From the NCBI RefSeq assembly GCF_041146345.1, contig NW_027191408.1, positions 310,001 to 374,000 of the forward strand: DNA of 64,000 nt, in the 5' to 3' direction. Of the stretch, positions 40,325 through 56,424 are shown one piece after another. The notes below the pieces were generated by a model. The model saw only the letters and a program-made list of their open reading frames with translations. It ran no database searches and was not told the DNA's origin. How positions within the stretch are numbered: position 1 is the first letter of the stretch; each line of letters starts with the position of its first letter. Both the position numbers and the translations under genes were made by a program. This stretch comes from Neodothiora populina (lineage: Eukaryota).

Positions 40325-41578
40325 TTAGAGGTTAAGAGACGTCCACAGATCTTGCCACCTGCCTTTGCGAAGCGGATCAAGCTTCTCCAATTGCTCCAAC
40401 CACGAGGTCATCTCGATGGTAGTGACCTTTTTGGTGCCGGCGTCGAGTTCTAGATATTGTGCAGTATACGTCAGGAGAGCTTGATAGATGTATTTACAGT
40501 CATCAGATCCCTCGAGAATATCCTTCAAGGTGTCAAGCTGGACGTCCAGGTATTCCAGTTTCTCCTGATTCGTCAGATCCAAGACGATAGCTGAAGATTC
40601 CTTCTTTCCAGGGACCAGGGTGGTCATGAGATAATTATGGTAGAACCATAGGCTCTGATCATAGGGATCAGTGTAGAGAGCTTGCAGAATGAAGTCAAAC
40701 TCGGTATCGAGCATCTTTCGTCTTGCTTTGCCGTCTGCGTTACGTCCGCGTAAGAGTTTTGGAATGAGCTGTGATCTGTTGTGCCAGGCGGAGAAGTTGG
40801 ATAGATTGGTCTTGATCATCTTGGTGGTATAGGCAAACTCCTGCTCAGTCAAGGAGTCAGACTTGCTTTCCTTGCCGGTAGCATCATCGTAACTAGATTT
40901 GTCCTGTACATCGAGGTGCTCCAGTGCATGTATGACGGTCCGCCTGTAGCTCCAGCCGTGGAAGTTCCTCGAGTCCATGCCCAACATCTTGCCAACTAAG
41001 CCCAGCTCTTGCTGCCATAGTTGCTTCGCCGAGGAGACAGGCAGACACTCCGACGCCTGCTGTAGAAGCCATGCGCGGTGGTTCCAGATCCAGTAACACT
41101 TGGGGAAGTTTTTGAGTAAGGGAAGGAGGAAGGCCAGGTCCTCTTTTATGAGTAGGAGTATCTCTTGCTGAGCGGTATTCAATCCAGTCTCTGCCGAGGG
41201 CTCATCCGAGTGAGCACCCAGCTCCTTCCCGAAGACATCTTGCAATATGAGACGTCGGTTGTTCCAGACTGTGTAGTACTCGGGATTCCGCGTGAGGAGG
41301 TTGGAGGTCAATGTTAATGTGTCGGCCGAGTAATCTTTTGCGTGGATCTGGGGATATATCAGCTTGATTCATCTTAGACTACTTGACTGTGCGAGAATCA
41401 TCAACGACCTTTTGTTGTAACTCCTCAACTAATGCTTTATATGTCTCGATCTGCTTCAGTTCTTTCTTGCGTGATGCTTCAGATCGCTCCGTCAAGCCGC
41501 TGGCGCGGGGCACACCATGCTGGACCTCGCGTCAACGCCTGTAGTTCTATCCTCAATCTCGGCATAACTCACACTCAT
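40325..41578 (-). CDS. BET4: Geranylgeranyl transferase type II alpha subunit; 3 exons
   Basis: MS/HGVPR start and PPTA repeats NPEYYTVWNNRR, PKCYWIWNHR, DSRNFHGWSYRR, NLSNFSAWHNRS, TDPYDQSLWFY, LDPLRKGRW. Introns at 41520-41572 and 41348-41408. Confidence 0.92.
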
Positions 41579-42113
41579 CCTGTGTAAACTATCTTGTAAT
41601 CAAGTGGTATTGTAGTGATATGTTGTATTGTGACAGACGTGTATCAGATACGGCAGGCACGACAGAGCTTCAAGAGTTGCGGTCTCGAACTACCCACAAA
41701 GCGGACAACACCACCGCCGCATCACATCGCATCTCCAGTAAACAATGTGCACAACCATCTTCCTTGATACAACCAACACACCTCTTCATCGCACCTTCTA
41801 GGTAGGTCCTAATGGTGCTTGATGTTGATTACAGATGGGGAAGGTAGGTCTTGACTTCACTCTTTACACCAAGTCATCTGTTATCACGATTCATCTCTGG
41901 TCACTACTTTGCGTTAGATCACATGGTCTTTTGCCTTAGGTAGACCCGAGTATAAGTATTTCTATTCTAAGCAGCCCAATCAGCTTTGAAGGTCAAGCGA
42001 TTTTGGCTAGGTTCAAATTAAAATAGATGTATTGATTACATACCTTGGAGCCATCGAAGGGAACACACCCGTCAAGGCACCAAGGCAGTTGGACAGTAAA
42101 CTTACCCTTGGAT

Positions 42114-45039
42114 ATGTCCTATACACGTTCGACAGCCAGGAGCTCTGAGAATTTGCGAACTACTTCTCACTCTACTCCTCAGGTCGTCCCATCGGCAGTA
42201 AAGTCTTTTCGGGTACTACCCGATCCGGCATGTCCATCAGCTCCTCCATCGCCTTTCCCTCTTTGGAAGAGCTGTATCGAGGCAGATGACAACCATGACG
42301 CAGACTCGTGGAAGAACTACAAGGCGGACGTTGTTTCGTCGCATTGTGACGCTGAACCGAGGACATGGATAGAATGTCCGTCATCTCGTGCAGCTCTGGC
42401 ACTACCTACACCGCCACCATCTCCGCCTGGTATAGATGTACATGGCATACCACCTATGGAACAGGGTCTTTTTACCGGGATCGTGTCACAGTCTGCTTCA
42501 TCACCAAGGCCAACATGGCTGACAGCGTCTTCCTGTGCTCTCGAGCAAGACAGGGAAAGGACGAAACGATCGCGACCTTCTCAGCTTCCGCGTCTGGTTA
42601 TGACCACGGCAAATATCGATGGTAGTCAGGATGTCAACGCGGATCGAGAGAGTCAATCTCCATACTCTTCCGATAACGACGATGACGAAGTAGGCCCACT
42701 CGACCTTTCAGTGCGAGACATCGTCCCATCACGAGCTGCCCAGACACAGGATCCATTTGTAGGACCAATCGCCCCACTTTACCACCAGGAAGCAACCCCT
42801 GTACTGCCTAGACAACACGAAGCGCAGCACTACATGTCCCCAATGTCTCAACGCTGCCCAAGCACACTGTTACAGTATCCGGGCGCGGGTACTCCCCGAC
42901 GCCACACTGGACTCGCACGTCTTGCTGCAGACCGCTACATACCTGCCCGAGACTTGCGTAAGCAAGCTCGAGAGAATCTTTTGCTTGCTACGCCCCCAGG
43001 CAGGCTATGTGACGCCGAAAAGAAGCACCGGAGACGAGTTGCAATTCTCGATCCGTTCAACGAAGTTCCGAATGCGAATAGAACGCGACATCATGAACCT
43101 CACGTCATGCCTAGTGACAATCTCAATCTCGCTAGTACTCCTCGACCGAGTCGAATATTGATCGATATTCACAGCGAGGGTCTTTCTCGTATAGCCAGCC
43201 ATGGAGCTGTGTGGGGAATCGGTGGCTTCGGTGTGGCAATCGATGGTGTCATGAGCACGAGCGATGGTCATGGTGGCAGGGTTGCGAGCGGCACCAACGC
43301 ACCAATGTACCGATCCGCCTTTCTTGACCGAGGACGCGTGTCTGAGAGCCGAGCTATGCATAAGAGGCGTCTTGCAGCGGCCCTTGATATCGACCAAGCC
43401 AAGAGAGTGCTTGTAGACGCGACAGATGTCCAAGAGCAGGCCTCATCGCCAACTTCGCCATCCGATCCAAGCAGTCCCGAGTCAGGAAGCAGCAGTCCCA
43501 CAGTGTGGAAGGACAATCAATGGAGACCATCTGATCCGACATCCCGTATGAGTCCATCGTATCCCTAATTTGACGATAGTTGCTAAGTACCGCCGATAGC
43601 GCGCAAGAAAGTGGTCAAGGCACGAAGTGCACTACCAATCGTGCCCTTCAGATAAGCTGCCCTTACCCATCAGACATGCAGTGTTGTTGACGGCGTGCAC
43701 AGTTCTAGACGCACCATCCCTGAGGGACGACTACTACTGCTCCCTGCTCGCTTACTCCTCAACAGTATCATGTCTGGCTGTAGGGCTCGGTGCACACGTC
43801 TATCTTTGGTCAGAGAAACAAGGCGTCAAAACCCCAGAAAGCCTGACTTCGCCATTCGCTGGTCACATCACTTCCTTGTCATTCTCATCGGTCGAAGGAG
43901 GGCATGCCGTACTTGCAATCGGGCGAGCTGATGGTCGAATCACTCTATGGTCGCCTTTTGACAAAGACCCTCGCTTTGACTCCGAGCAGCCCTCGCCCGT
44001 TTCTGCTGTGTGCTTTTCGCCCCGGCCTTTCAAACGCACCTCGATTCGAGATTCAAACATGAAGACGTGGACGGAGTATCTCCTGATAGGTGATGAAGTG
44101 GGTCATGTCTATTTCTACTCGATAGAGTGGCCAAACAGCTCTGATAGAGATCTATATAATTGGCATGGCAGTATGACACTTCTTGCCCGTCTTACGGTTC
44201 ACACGCAACAGATCTGCGGGCTTGCCTGGTCACCAGATGGAGAATTCTTTGCGACTAGTGGTAATGACAATTCGCTCTTCTTGTTTGAGACTCGCAAAGT
44301 CCTACATCGGGCGCGAGACAACAATCTACCTGCGGTCCAAGTTCGCAGTGGTGGGTCGACCGGGACTGATCCCCCTCCTGGCCAAGGCAATGTCATATCG
44401 ATAGTTGCAGGTCAGGAATCACATCATTGGCGACTCAACGCAGCGGTGAAGGCAGTGGCATTCTGTCCCTGGCAGCCGTCACTACTCGCCGCCGGAGGAG
44501 GCAGTAACGACCGCTGTATCCACTTCTTCCACGCGCTGTCCGGCGCCAGCCTGGCCATCATCGACTGCGCGGCTCAAGTGACCAGCCTCGTGTGGAGCAG
44601 GACTCGGAGAGAGATAGCCGCCACGTTCGGTTTCGCACAGCCAGATCACGCCTTCAGGGTCGCGGTCTTCAGCTGGCCCGGCTGCGAGACGCTCGTCAAG
44701 ATCCCATGGTGGGGAGAAGAGAGGGCTCTGTGGGCCGTCGCTTATCCCGGCGGACCCAATACTGGATTCGCCGAAGCCGAGTCAGGACGGACGGATGGTA
44801 GGAGCGCAAGCAGACGCGCCAGGGAGGGAACTGCTTGGTCGATGCGCAGGACTCGAGACGAAGGCTGTCTGGTCATCGCCACCAGCGACGCGAGCATCAA
44901 GTTTCATGAGGTGTGGAGTGAAAGTGCTAGGTCTGGACGAGGTGAATTGGGAATCGGTCTCGGAGGCAGTCTCGGGGGAAGTGACATCCTGGAAGCATTG
45001 CACGGAGTAGACAAGGAGGGGAGGGAAGTGATTCGCTGA
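42114..45039 (+). CDS. AMA1: Cdc20/Fizzy-family APC/C activator, meiosis-type Ama1-like; probably 3 exons (42114-43545, 43600-43651, 43701-45039)
   Basis: C-box DRYIP, VLDAPSLRDDYYCSLLAY, HTQQICGLAWSPDG, AAVKAVAFCPW...GGGSNDRCIHF, AQVTSLVWS and a C-terminal IR tail. The second junction is non-canonical (see findings). Confidence 0.85.
43652..43700 (+). other. Candidate AT-AC spliceosomal intron, 49 nt
   Basis: TTC AG|ataagc...ttgac ggcgtgcac|A GTT CTA GAC restores PFRVLDAP in frame. Confidence 0.6.
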
Positions 45040-45714
45040 GACAAGCGAGACGAACATTGGTGATCAGCGCCGAGAGTCTCGCTGCTCGACCACCAGGAAA
45101 TCCTATGAGACCTAAGACCAGTGCAGGCAGACATTAATAGCCAGAAGGACCTCACTCAGTCCATCCTTGTGCGGACCCTGAGGGACTTTTTTGTTCAATG
45201 TTGATGAATTCTTTTGCTTTTATCTATTCATCTGTACATACACATGTGATATCGTCGCCCGGTCGCCACTCGCGCAGGCAGCCTGTGGGAAAATAAAATG
45301 AAAACAAAAGAAACAGCAACGAAGCCGTGCGTTGCCTCATGGATCCCCCAAGAGTCGGGAAAAGTGCTCGTAATTGGCAAATAAAACAATTAAAAACGCC
45401 TGATAGTGTTGACAAACGTATGAGTGACTTTTTTGTGGTGCTGGTGATCCTTTATGAAGTCCCAAAGTCCAAAGACGAGCGGTGGAAGTACTGGCCTATG
45501 CGTGTTCCCGCAGTGTAATGTAGGCACCACCGGTATGCCCAATCGTTTTGGTTGGCTCTCCTATTTTGAGATGCGCTTTGACCTCTTGTCACACCGTCCT
45601 CGGATCGTGCTGATACACGAATCTCTGCAGCTTTTGCTGCGGTAATAGTCTTACAGACATGGACAGGGTTGCGACTCTATGAAATCGCAATCCTGCTTAT
45701 TCAGACGGCACCAT

Positions 45715-47406
<1,692 letters not shown>

Positions 47407-47594
47407 GATGTGTATATGGGTATGTGTATGTGTGTATCAAATGTCTTTGGAATGCAAGCAGGCAGTGGCACTCTTTCAGCAGAGGAAGAGATGTGATATG
47501 GAGAGGAAGAAGAAAATCAATTGGCAAAGCTAAGTCCTGGGACAGAGGGAATTTATGCAATGGGGTGGGAAGATGCAGAGATATCTTTGCGGGA

Positions 47595-47905
47595 TGACTC
47601 TTTCTTCGCCTTCTTGTCTTTTGCAGCGCTTGGTTTACGGCAGGTGCAGGCTTGCTCTTTCTCGGCTTTTTCCAGGGCGCCGCGACAAAATTTGTGCGTC
47701 AGAGGGGAATAGCAAAAGAGTCTATCCCCACGTCAATGCACCGATATCGCTTACGCCAATGGTCAGCAAAAGCGCGGAGATGTCTGGATCGTACACATAT
47801 TTTACCATCATTGTGCGACACTAGTCAGGGTAATTTTCTTGACGATCGATGCAAAAAGCAACCACGAACGTTGGTCGAGACGACTTGGCTGCTGTCCCAT
47901 GACTC
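47595..47905. promoter_or_regulatory. Two TGACTC Gcn4/CpcA-type elements upstream of homocitrate synthase
   Basis: ATGACTC cores at 47595 and 47900. Lysine biosynthesis genes are established cross-pathway-control targets. Confidence 0.45.
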
Positions 47906-48461
47906 CCTGGTCAAAAAGAAAGGGTAGCAGAACACCATACAGTACGAGTGCACATCGCTTTGCGTCTACTGTCGTCTTAATCCTTGGTTCAGAAACCTTT
48001 ACATGTCAGATCACTTGGTGGTACCTAGGAAACAGCACGATTATGACTTTTACAATATGGTGCGGCTTCTACCGCACGGCAACCCATTCCGGGTAGCGCA
48101 GGCGTTGACTTTGCGCGCGTCGAAGCCCTCTTTACAGTAAAGTAGTACTACAGTAGTAAACGCGCACTGACGCACAGCGTGTATAGTATTTTCATCGACA
48201 TAGTCCATCCATGTATAACGCCTTCACAACGTGGACCTAGTGCTTGCAGAAGTCCATCTCTGCCAGGTGTGCATGCCACTTTTGAATTCGGACTCATCGG
48301 GTATATATGTCTTCTCTACGGTATAAGGTAGGTATGCGAAATACCGAACATCATGTCGAGGTTGATTAAAGCCACACTGTTCGAGACCGCGTTTGGAAGC
48401 CAAGAATCGTCCACACATGGAAATGGGTGTGCGCTTTGTTATACCCGAGGCAGTAGAATGA

Positions 48462-50276
<1,815 letters not shown>

Positions 50277-51327
50277 ACTGAGAAAGTCGGAAACAGGTCT
50301 ATGAAGTATGATCGTATTGGTGTATGTGTGTACAGTACCTTACGCACGGAGATCGTGTGCTCAAAAGCTTAACCCCGGAAAAGAATGAAAGTGAGCTGCG
50401 AGATGACATGCGATAATTAATCTAAAGAGGAGATATTTCCAGCGCGAGACATGGACAACCAACCAACCCTTTGCCATAAGGGTCAGTAAAGGAGCATCGC
50501 TATGTTCAGCACTGAGTATGTAGAATTGTTCGTGCTTTTTCTTAAACAGCACAGCAGTGTGTCGCATCATATCGTATCGTAGCTCGAGTAGTCAATACTC
50601 TAATCGTGTCGTCTGTCCGTGGGATTGGAAAGCTTCGGTCTATATAAAGATTCAACCGCACCTGTCACTCACATATGAAGAAAAGGAGCGTTTGTACCTG
50701 CATGTATTGTATGGTTGGTACTCATACAGAAGCACATTCAGGAGAGAAGGTACAAGTCCACCACCGCAGAACCCCTGAACACGACTCTTCTGTGATTGTT
50801 GTACATGATGAGGGCCGGCCAGGGACCTGTAGATAATTAGTGTAAGAGCCAACACGAGCACGTGGTGGGACCCCGGACAATGCTCGCGCAACATTTCTGA
50901 GTGCTGCACCGACGTCGACGGAGTATTCACTAAGGTAAAGTACGCTTTGCTCCGCTACTCCTAACCCACAATGTCGTCTGCCTCTCTTCTTCATCTGAAC
51001 AGGTCTTCTGTCCTTCTTCAGCCCCGTCGCAAGCGGGACTGAAGTACTTTCCAAACACATCAAATCCCCAGTCACTTTGCTCTGCTTTGTCGGCTTGTCC
51101 ATTTTCCACCTTCGTCTCTTCGCCCGCTGCGCACACTGAAGCTGCTCCTACCATCACCTCTGTACAACGTCGCTCCTTTGACCAGAGAGAGCCCGCGTGA
51201 GCTACTCCAAGCCAATTCACTTCACCCAATTCTACTTGAATCCAAAGCGCTTTTATAACTCCATTCCATTCTTGCCGGTCATCCCAATCAAATTCTTTGG
51301 TTCAGAAAAGACAGCTCAGCCGCAATA

Positions 51328-51931
51328 ATGGCACACGATCATGAGCGATCAATGGAAGCCCGCGTTGGAAGAGATAACCAACGTAAGTAGAGTCTTGCTT
51401 CCGCTCCTTTACGCTGTCCATCTACGAGAACGACGAATGAAAGAGAAGAAGAAAGCCGGGACCCTTCAAAGGCCAACTGGCTGACTTGCGAAATCAGGCT
51501 ACGGTCCCCAAGGCGAGCGCCTCGTTGCTGGGGTTGTCCCACTTTCCGCCGACCGTAAAACTGTTCTCCTCATCCAGTCCGTGCGCAGAAATGCTTGGGT
51601 CCTTCCTAAGGGTGGATGGGAGACAGATGAACCCACAGCTCAAGATGCCGCCTGTCGCGAGGCCTGGGAGGAAGCCGGCGCCATATGCAAAGTGCATGCT
51701 GACCTCGGCAAAATCCCCGAGAGGCGGAAACCGGAGCAGCTGACTGCGACTGCACCGAAGGCTGCCTATCACTTCTTCGAGGCTACAGTCGAGAAGGAAG
51801 AAGAAGTGTGGCCAGAGCAGCACAAGCGCAAGAGGAGATGGATGGGCTACAAGGAGGCTATCATACTCCTCAAGGACAGGCCTGAGCTGAGCGAGGCTCT
51901 GAACAGGAGCAGTATCGACAAGTCGTCTTGA
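51328..51931 (+). CDS. DDP1: Nudix hydrolase, diphosphoinositol-polyphosphate/Ap6A phosphohydrolase (Ddp1/Aps1); 2 exons
   Basis: SMEARVGRDNQR/YGPQGERLVAGVVPL, Nudix box WVLPKGGWETDEPTAQDAACREAWEEAG, WPEQHKRKRRW. Intron 51383-51497. Confidence 0.92.
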
Positions 51932-52518
51932 TGCTCTCGTTTGGCCCCTTTCCGTCTTTCTTTTTCGTACAACATGCATCACATGGTCGGGGGTTCATCC
52001 AGAGGGAGACAAGAAAAAAGTAATCAGCGGAAAATTCACGGTGTTCAGGAATTGGGCGTTGTAGCTTTACTCCATCCCTGCTGATTTTTGGTTGATCATC
52101 GCGCCTTCCTCCCTTTCTCGGAGAGATAGAGGTGGATTGCCCTTTTGGTTGTGGGCTGTAGACGACCTGGCGAGATCGGTCGGTCTTTCATTCGTCGTCA
52201 ACGGTGGATACTTGGTTGAAATATCAGAGGGAAAATGTTCCCACCGTCTTCGCGCGACCTCTTCTGTTGTCGCAAGCATGGCTCTTTCTTTACAATTTCT
52301 CCTGTGATTCCATGGCGCAGATAACATATGCCTCTTTCCGCATAGGGAGGCATGTTGCAGGTCTTGTGCATATTATCGTTCATGTTCGATAGACACATTG
52401 ACTGGATTCACCGCACTTGAAGCATGGGTACAAACTTTTTCTTTGGCATTCTCTCACGACCCAGTCTTCTATCTTACATAGTGTACAACATACTCGCCAT
52501 CGCTCTGCCCAGCTCTCC

Positions 52519-54266
52519 TTACCGCAACTGCACGCCAAACTTTTCAACAAGCTCAGCGCGGATCTTCTCGTGTAGATCGTTGGTCTCTTCCCTGGACAAC
52601 GTGCGCTCGAGACTCCTGTAGTTGATTCGATAACACAAGCTCTTGCGTCCCGTCTTAGGATGAACGAATTCATCGACCAATGTCACATCCTCGACCAGAT
52701 CGCCCGCAGTGTTGCGCACAATCTCCATAATGTCATTTTCGTGGAAAGCAAGCGTCGCGAATTCTGCATTTGCGCCTTCGGCACTAGGGTGACCGCCGGC
52801 TGGAGATGGCGTGGATGAAGTGCCCGCCGCAGTACCAGTCACGGTCTTGCTGTCTTCAGCAGCGGCTTTGGGTAGCCAGAAGGCGACGTCGCGGGGCGCA
52901 GCGGGATACTTTGAAAACGGCACGTATCGACGAATGAGCTTCTGATCGAATTGGCTCAAGAATCTAGGGTCTTGACTCCAGAAGAGACGGATATCAGGGA
53001 TTTCGTAGAGAAGCATAGCAATTCTCTCGAGACCAATTCCAAAAGCCCAGCCGACTCGAGAAGGCACATCTGCGTTATTGAGGATGGACTGCTGCACGAT
53101 TCCGCATCCGAGTACTTCTAGCCAGTCACCTTGCCAGAAGATTTCGAGCTCCCACGAGGGAGAAGTGAAGGGAAAGTAGGCTTCAATCCATCGGACTTGG
53201 AGAGGTGCTTGTTCTTCTAGTGGTGCGCCCTCTGGTTCTGCAGCGGCGGCGGCTGCAGCAGCCTCCTTTGCCTTGGAAAAGATCTCAACCACGACGTTCT
53301 CAAGGGAACGCTTCAGATGCACAGCCATAGCTTCGGCTTCCTCTTGAGAGTGATCTTTCTGCAGAGGATTGCGCTCAGCATGAGTAGGGGGATTAGGATC
53401 CTCAACGACCAGATTGTGCTTGGGTAAATTCTCGACATCCTCCCAGATCTGTTGGGCGAGAGTCTTGCCTTCTGGCACTGCGTTGCGATCCCAGGTCATG
53501 GCACCTTCCATCTGGTGAAAGATTGGATAGTGTGATCGATCAATTGCATCACGCCGGTAAACATCAGCCGAGATGGTGAATCCGGGACTTGTGTTTGCTC
53601 TGAACACATCTGCTTGATGTGCTGAAGTATGCGTTTGAAGCACATGATCCTTGTTCACATAGTAAGTGTCTGTCCTACTTCGCCCCGGATGGTCCATTGG
53701 AAAGCCTAGGGAATCGAAATTCTGCCCGACGGTCACCACGGGGAAGAAGTCATTGTGATGCTGATAGCTCGGGAATCGCGACTCGATTAGTTTTCGAGTT
53801 ATTGCGATTGGGTGACTGTCCTGCTGATGCAAGCGTCGCGGTACAGCAGATAATATGGTGCTTGGTACATTGGTCCATGAATCTGTCTTATACGACTTTC
53901 CTTCCACTAGTAGGTCGTTCGATTCAGATGCTAGAAAGCCCTGTCAGACTGATCGTTCTTTGCATTTGTGTATATGAGGATATGAAAGTAGGTGTGAAAA
54001 TCATGAGATGGCAATGTCGAAAACATATGCTTGTATGAAGTCATTATTCATGAAGACATTGCGCCACCCATCATGATCGCCATTACATGATAGTCAATCC
54101 ACAGTGACAGAGTGTGCACACTCATCTACTGGTCGCTCCCCAAGAATCACTGACCTGAGCTGTTGTATCGTTTTGAGCAAGTCCAGAGGCTAGTCCTTGA
54201 TCTTGAGCTTATATTCAGACATCTTGCGCCCAGCGCATAAGCCTTGTTAGATCTCAAGGCATTCAT
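52519..54266 (-). CDS. MSF1: Mitochondrial phenylalanyl-tRNA synthetase; 2 exons
   Basis: Exon 1 is a presequence (MNALRSNKAYALGARCLNISSRSRTSLWTCSKRYNSS). Intron 53931-54154. Motifs HPGRSRTDTYY, DVYRRDAIDRSHYPIFHQMEG, AYFPFTSPSWELE, GWAFGIGLERIAM and a C-terminal FDX-ACB domain. Confidence 0.95.
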
Positions 54267-54887
54267 CTCTATCAAGTCGGAAGTTCTGATCTTTTATGAA
54301 CATATGACCACACTCTTTACTCCCAAAAGTTCTCAGACATCAGACTGGAGACTGCGGAAGCTCGCTCGGCTCGCTACGAAAAAAGCTGGGGGCGGAAACA
54401 ACTACGACAGCCAAGTTTATGTTTCACTGACTATTGAAGTATTACCTTTTCGGTGATCGCTCGTGAACAAGATTTATAGTCATCGTCAGTAGTCCTTACA
54501 TTGACCGGTCGTAGAATATCAAACGTGTCTGCAATCAATTGCAGTTACTGATCGTTAAAGAATGGCCGGGCATAACGAATCGTAGACTGCGGCCCATGTA
54601 TCCTCGGCCGCGCAACCGGGCCGTATGACGTTCCCCGGGCCCCCGGTGGTCAGCGTTTCCCTATTCGTGCAGGTATCATGTGTTTGTGGTGCAAGAACGA
54701 CCGAAAGATACTCAATCTAAAAAAGGTGTTCCTGCATTAATAAACTACAGAACATAATATTTTGGATGGACGAAACTCTCCGTCCTCAGTCTTAGAACAT
54801 ATACAATCCTATATTCTTGGTCTATCCTCTTCCAACCCTTTTCTCTGGCGGCTTGTACGCTTCGACTGCGTCTTATCTTTAATCATC

Positions 54888-55928
54888 ATGACTTCTGCGG
54901 CTGCGAAGGTGCAAGAAAAGAGCAAGGATGTTCATAAAGTGCCAATCAAGTATCCGCTATGGTTCGGTGGTTCTTCCAGTGCCTTGGCTGCATTGGTCTC
55001 ACATCCATTGGACTTGGGTAGGTGGATTGATCGATTGTGCGTCTGGTGAATACAACTAATGAGTCGACAGTGAAGGTGCGGTTACAAACCCAGCACATGA
55101 CTGGAAGCTCGCATAACATGTTCGGGATGTTTGTGCACATCTACAAGGACCATGGCATAGGAGGGCTTTACAAAGGAGTCAGTGAACCCTTCGAAATAGG
55201 AAAATGCATGCAGTTGGGAGACTGACTCATACCTTTCTACGCAGATCTCAGCTTCACTCTTGCGACAAATCACCTACTCCACCACGCGATTCGCGGTATA
55301 CGAGAAGCTCAAGCAGATGGACCAAGCAAAGAATGAGAAGACGTCGTTTGGCAAACTCGTCTTTATCTCATCGATATCTGGATTCGCGGGTAGTATCGTA
55401 GGAAACCCAGCAGACATTATGAACGTTCGCATGCAGCACGATGCTGCGCTGCCGCCGGCAGAGCGTCGCAACTATCCGAATGCGCTAGCCGGCATAGTCA
55501 GAATGATCCGTGAAGAGGGCTGGTCCAAGAGTCTTTTCCGAGGAGTGTGGCCCAACTCTGGCAGGGCTGTCCTCATGACTGCATCACAATTGGCAGGCTA
55601 CGACATATTCAAGCAGGAGCTGCTCGCGCGGACCAGCATGACAGACAACACGGCAACTCATCTGGCAGCGTCTCTGCTTGCGGGTTTCGTAGCGACAACT
55701 CTTTGCTCCCCGCTCGATGTCATCAAGACGCGAATCATGAGTGCAAAGGAACACACAAGCATAGTACACTTGCTCTCGACCATCACGAAGAACGAAGGAC
55801 CCGGTTGGATGTTCAAGGGCTGGCTGCCCAGCTTTATAAGACTTGGACCACACACGATAGCCACGTTTGTGTTCCTCGAGCAACACAAGAAGCTGTACAG
55901 AAAGTTCAAGGACTTGGACGACAAGTGA
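54888..55928 (+). CDS. DIC1: Mitochondrial dicarboxylate carrier; 3 exons
   Basis: YPLWFGGSSS, HPLDL/VKVRLQ, SASLLRQITYSTTRF, GNPADIMNVRMQHDAALP, SPLDVIKTRIM, PSFIRLGPHT. Confidence 0.92.
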
Positions 55929-56424
55929 TGGTCGTCTTTAGGGCAGAATGTACAGGGAAGACTATCCATGCCGCTCGGCAACAGACCTATAGATGAATAG
56001 ACGAGGCTTCACAGCCGGTCACCCTAGACGAAGACTTGATAGCGTACCGACCAAAAGGTTATTCATAGAGTATGAATTCTCGAATGATTGTAGACCCAAT
56101 CACCGTGCATTGAAGATGTGATGTCTGTAGTATTCAATGCAATGTCTGGAATTGATCAACATGATCAAAATCGAGGGTCTGTACTGCAGGGAGAGGCAGG
56201 TAAAGAGGGACAGGCACCCAAGGTAAGGAAGGTACAATAGCGATGGCGAGCGCATGGACCACGTACCTTCCCCACAAGCACAGAGGGCTCAAAGACAGCC
56301 AGCTGTCCCAACTCACACACATCTTGTCACGACTTTAACTTAGGGGGAGCCTTTTAATTCTGGCTTTGCTGGTCATCATACAACTTCATCGTCACTCCTT
56401 CAATCCGTTGAAAAGACAGCAATC

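Noticed and set aside
43652..43667. U12-type intron, or A-to-I editing creating a GT donor in AMA1
   Set aside because: The 5' end is ATAAGC, not ATATCC, and the CCCTTAC is too close to the donor to be a U12 branch site. An edited GT donor would join the nearby AGs out of frame.
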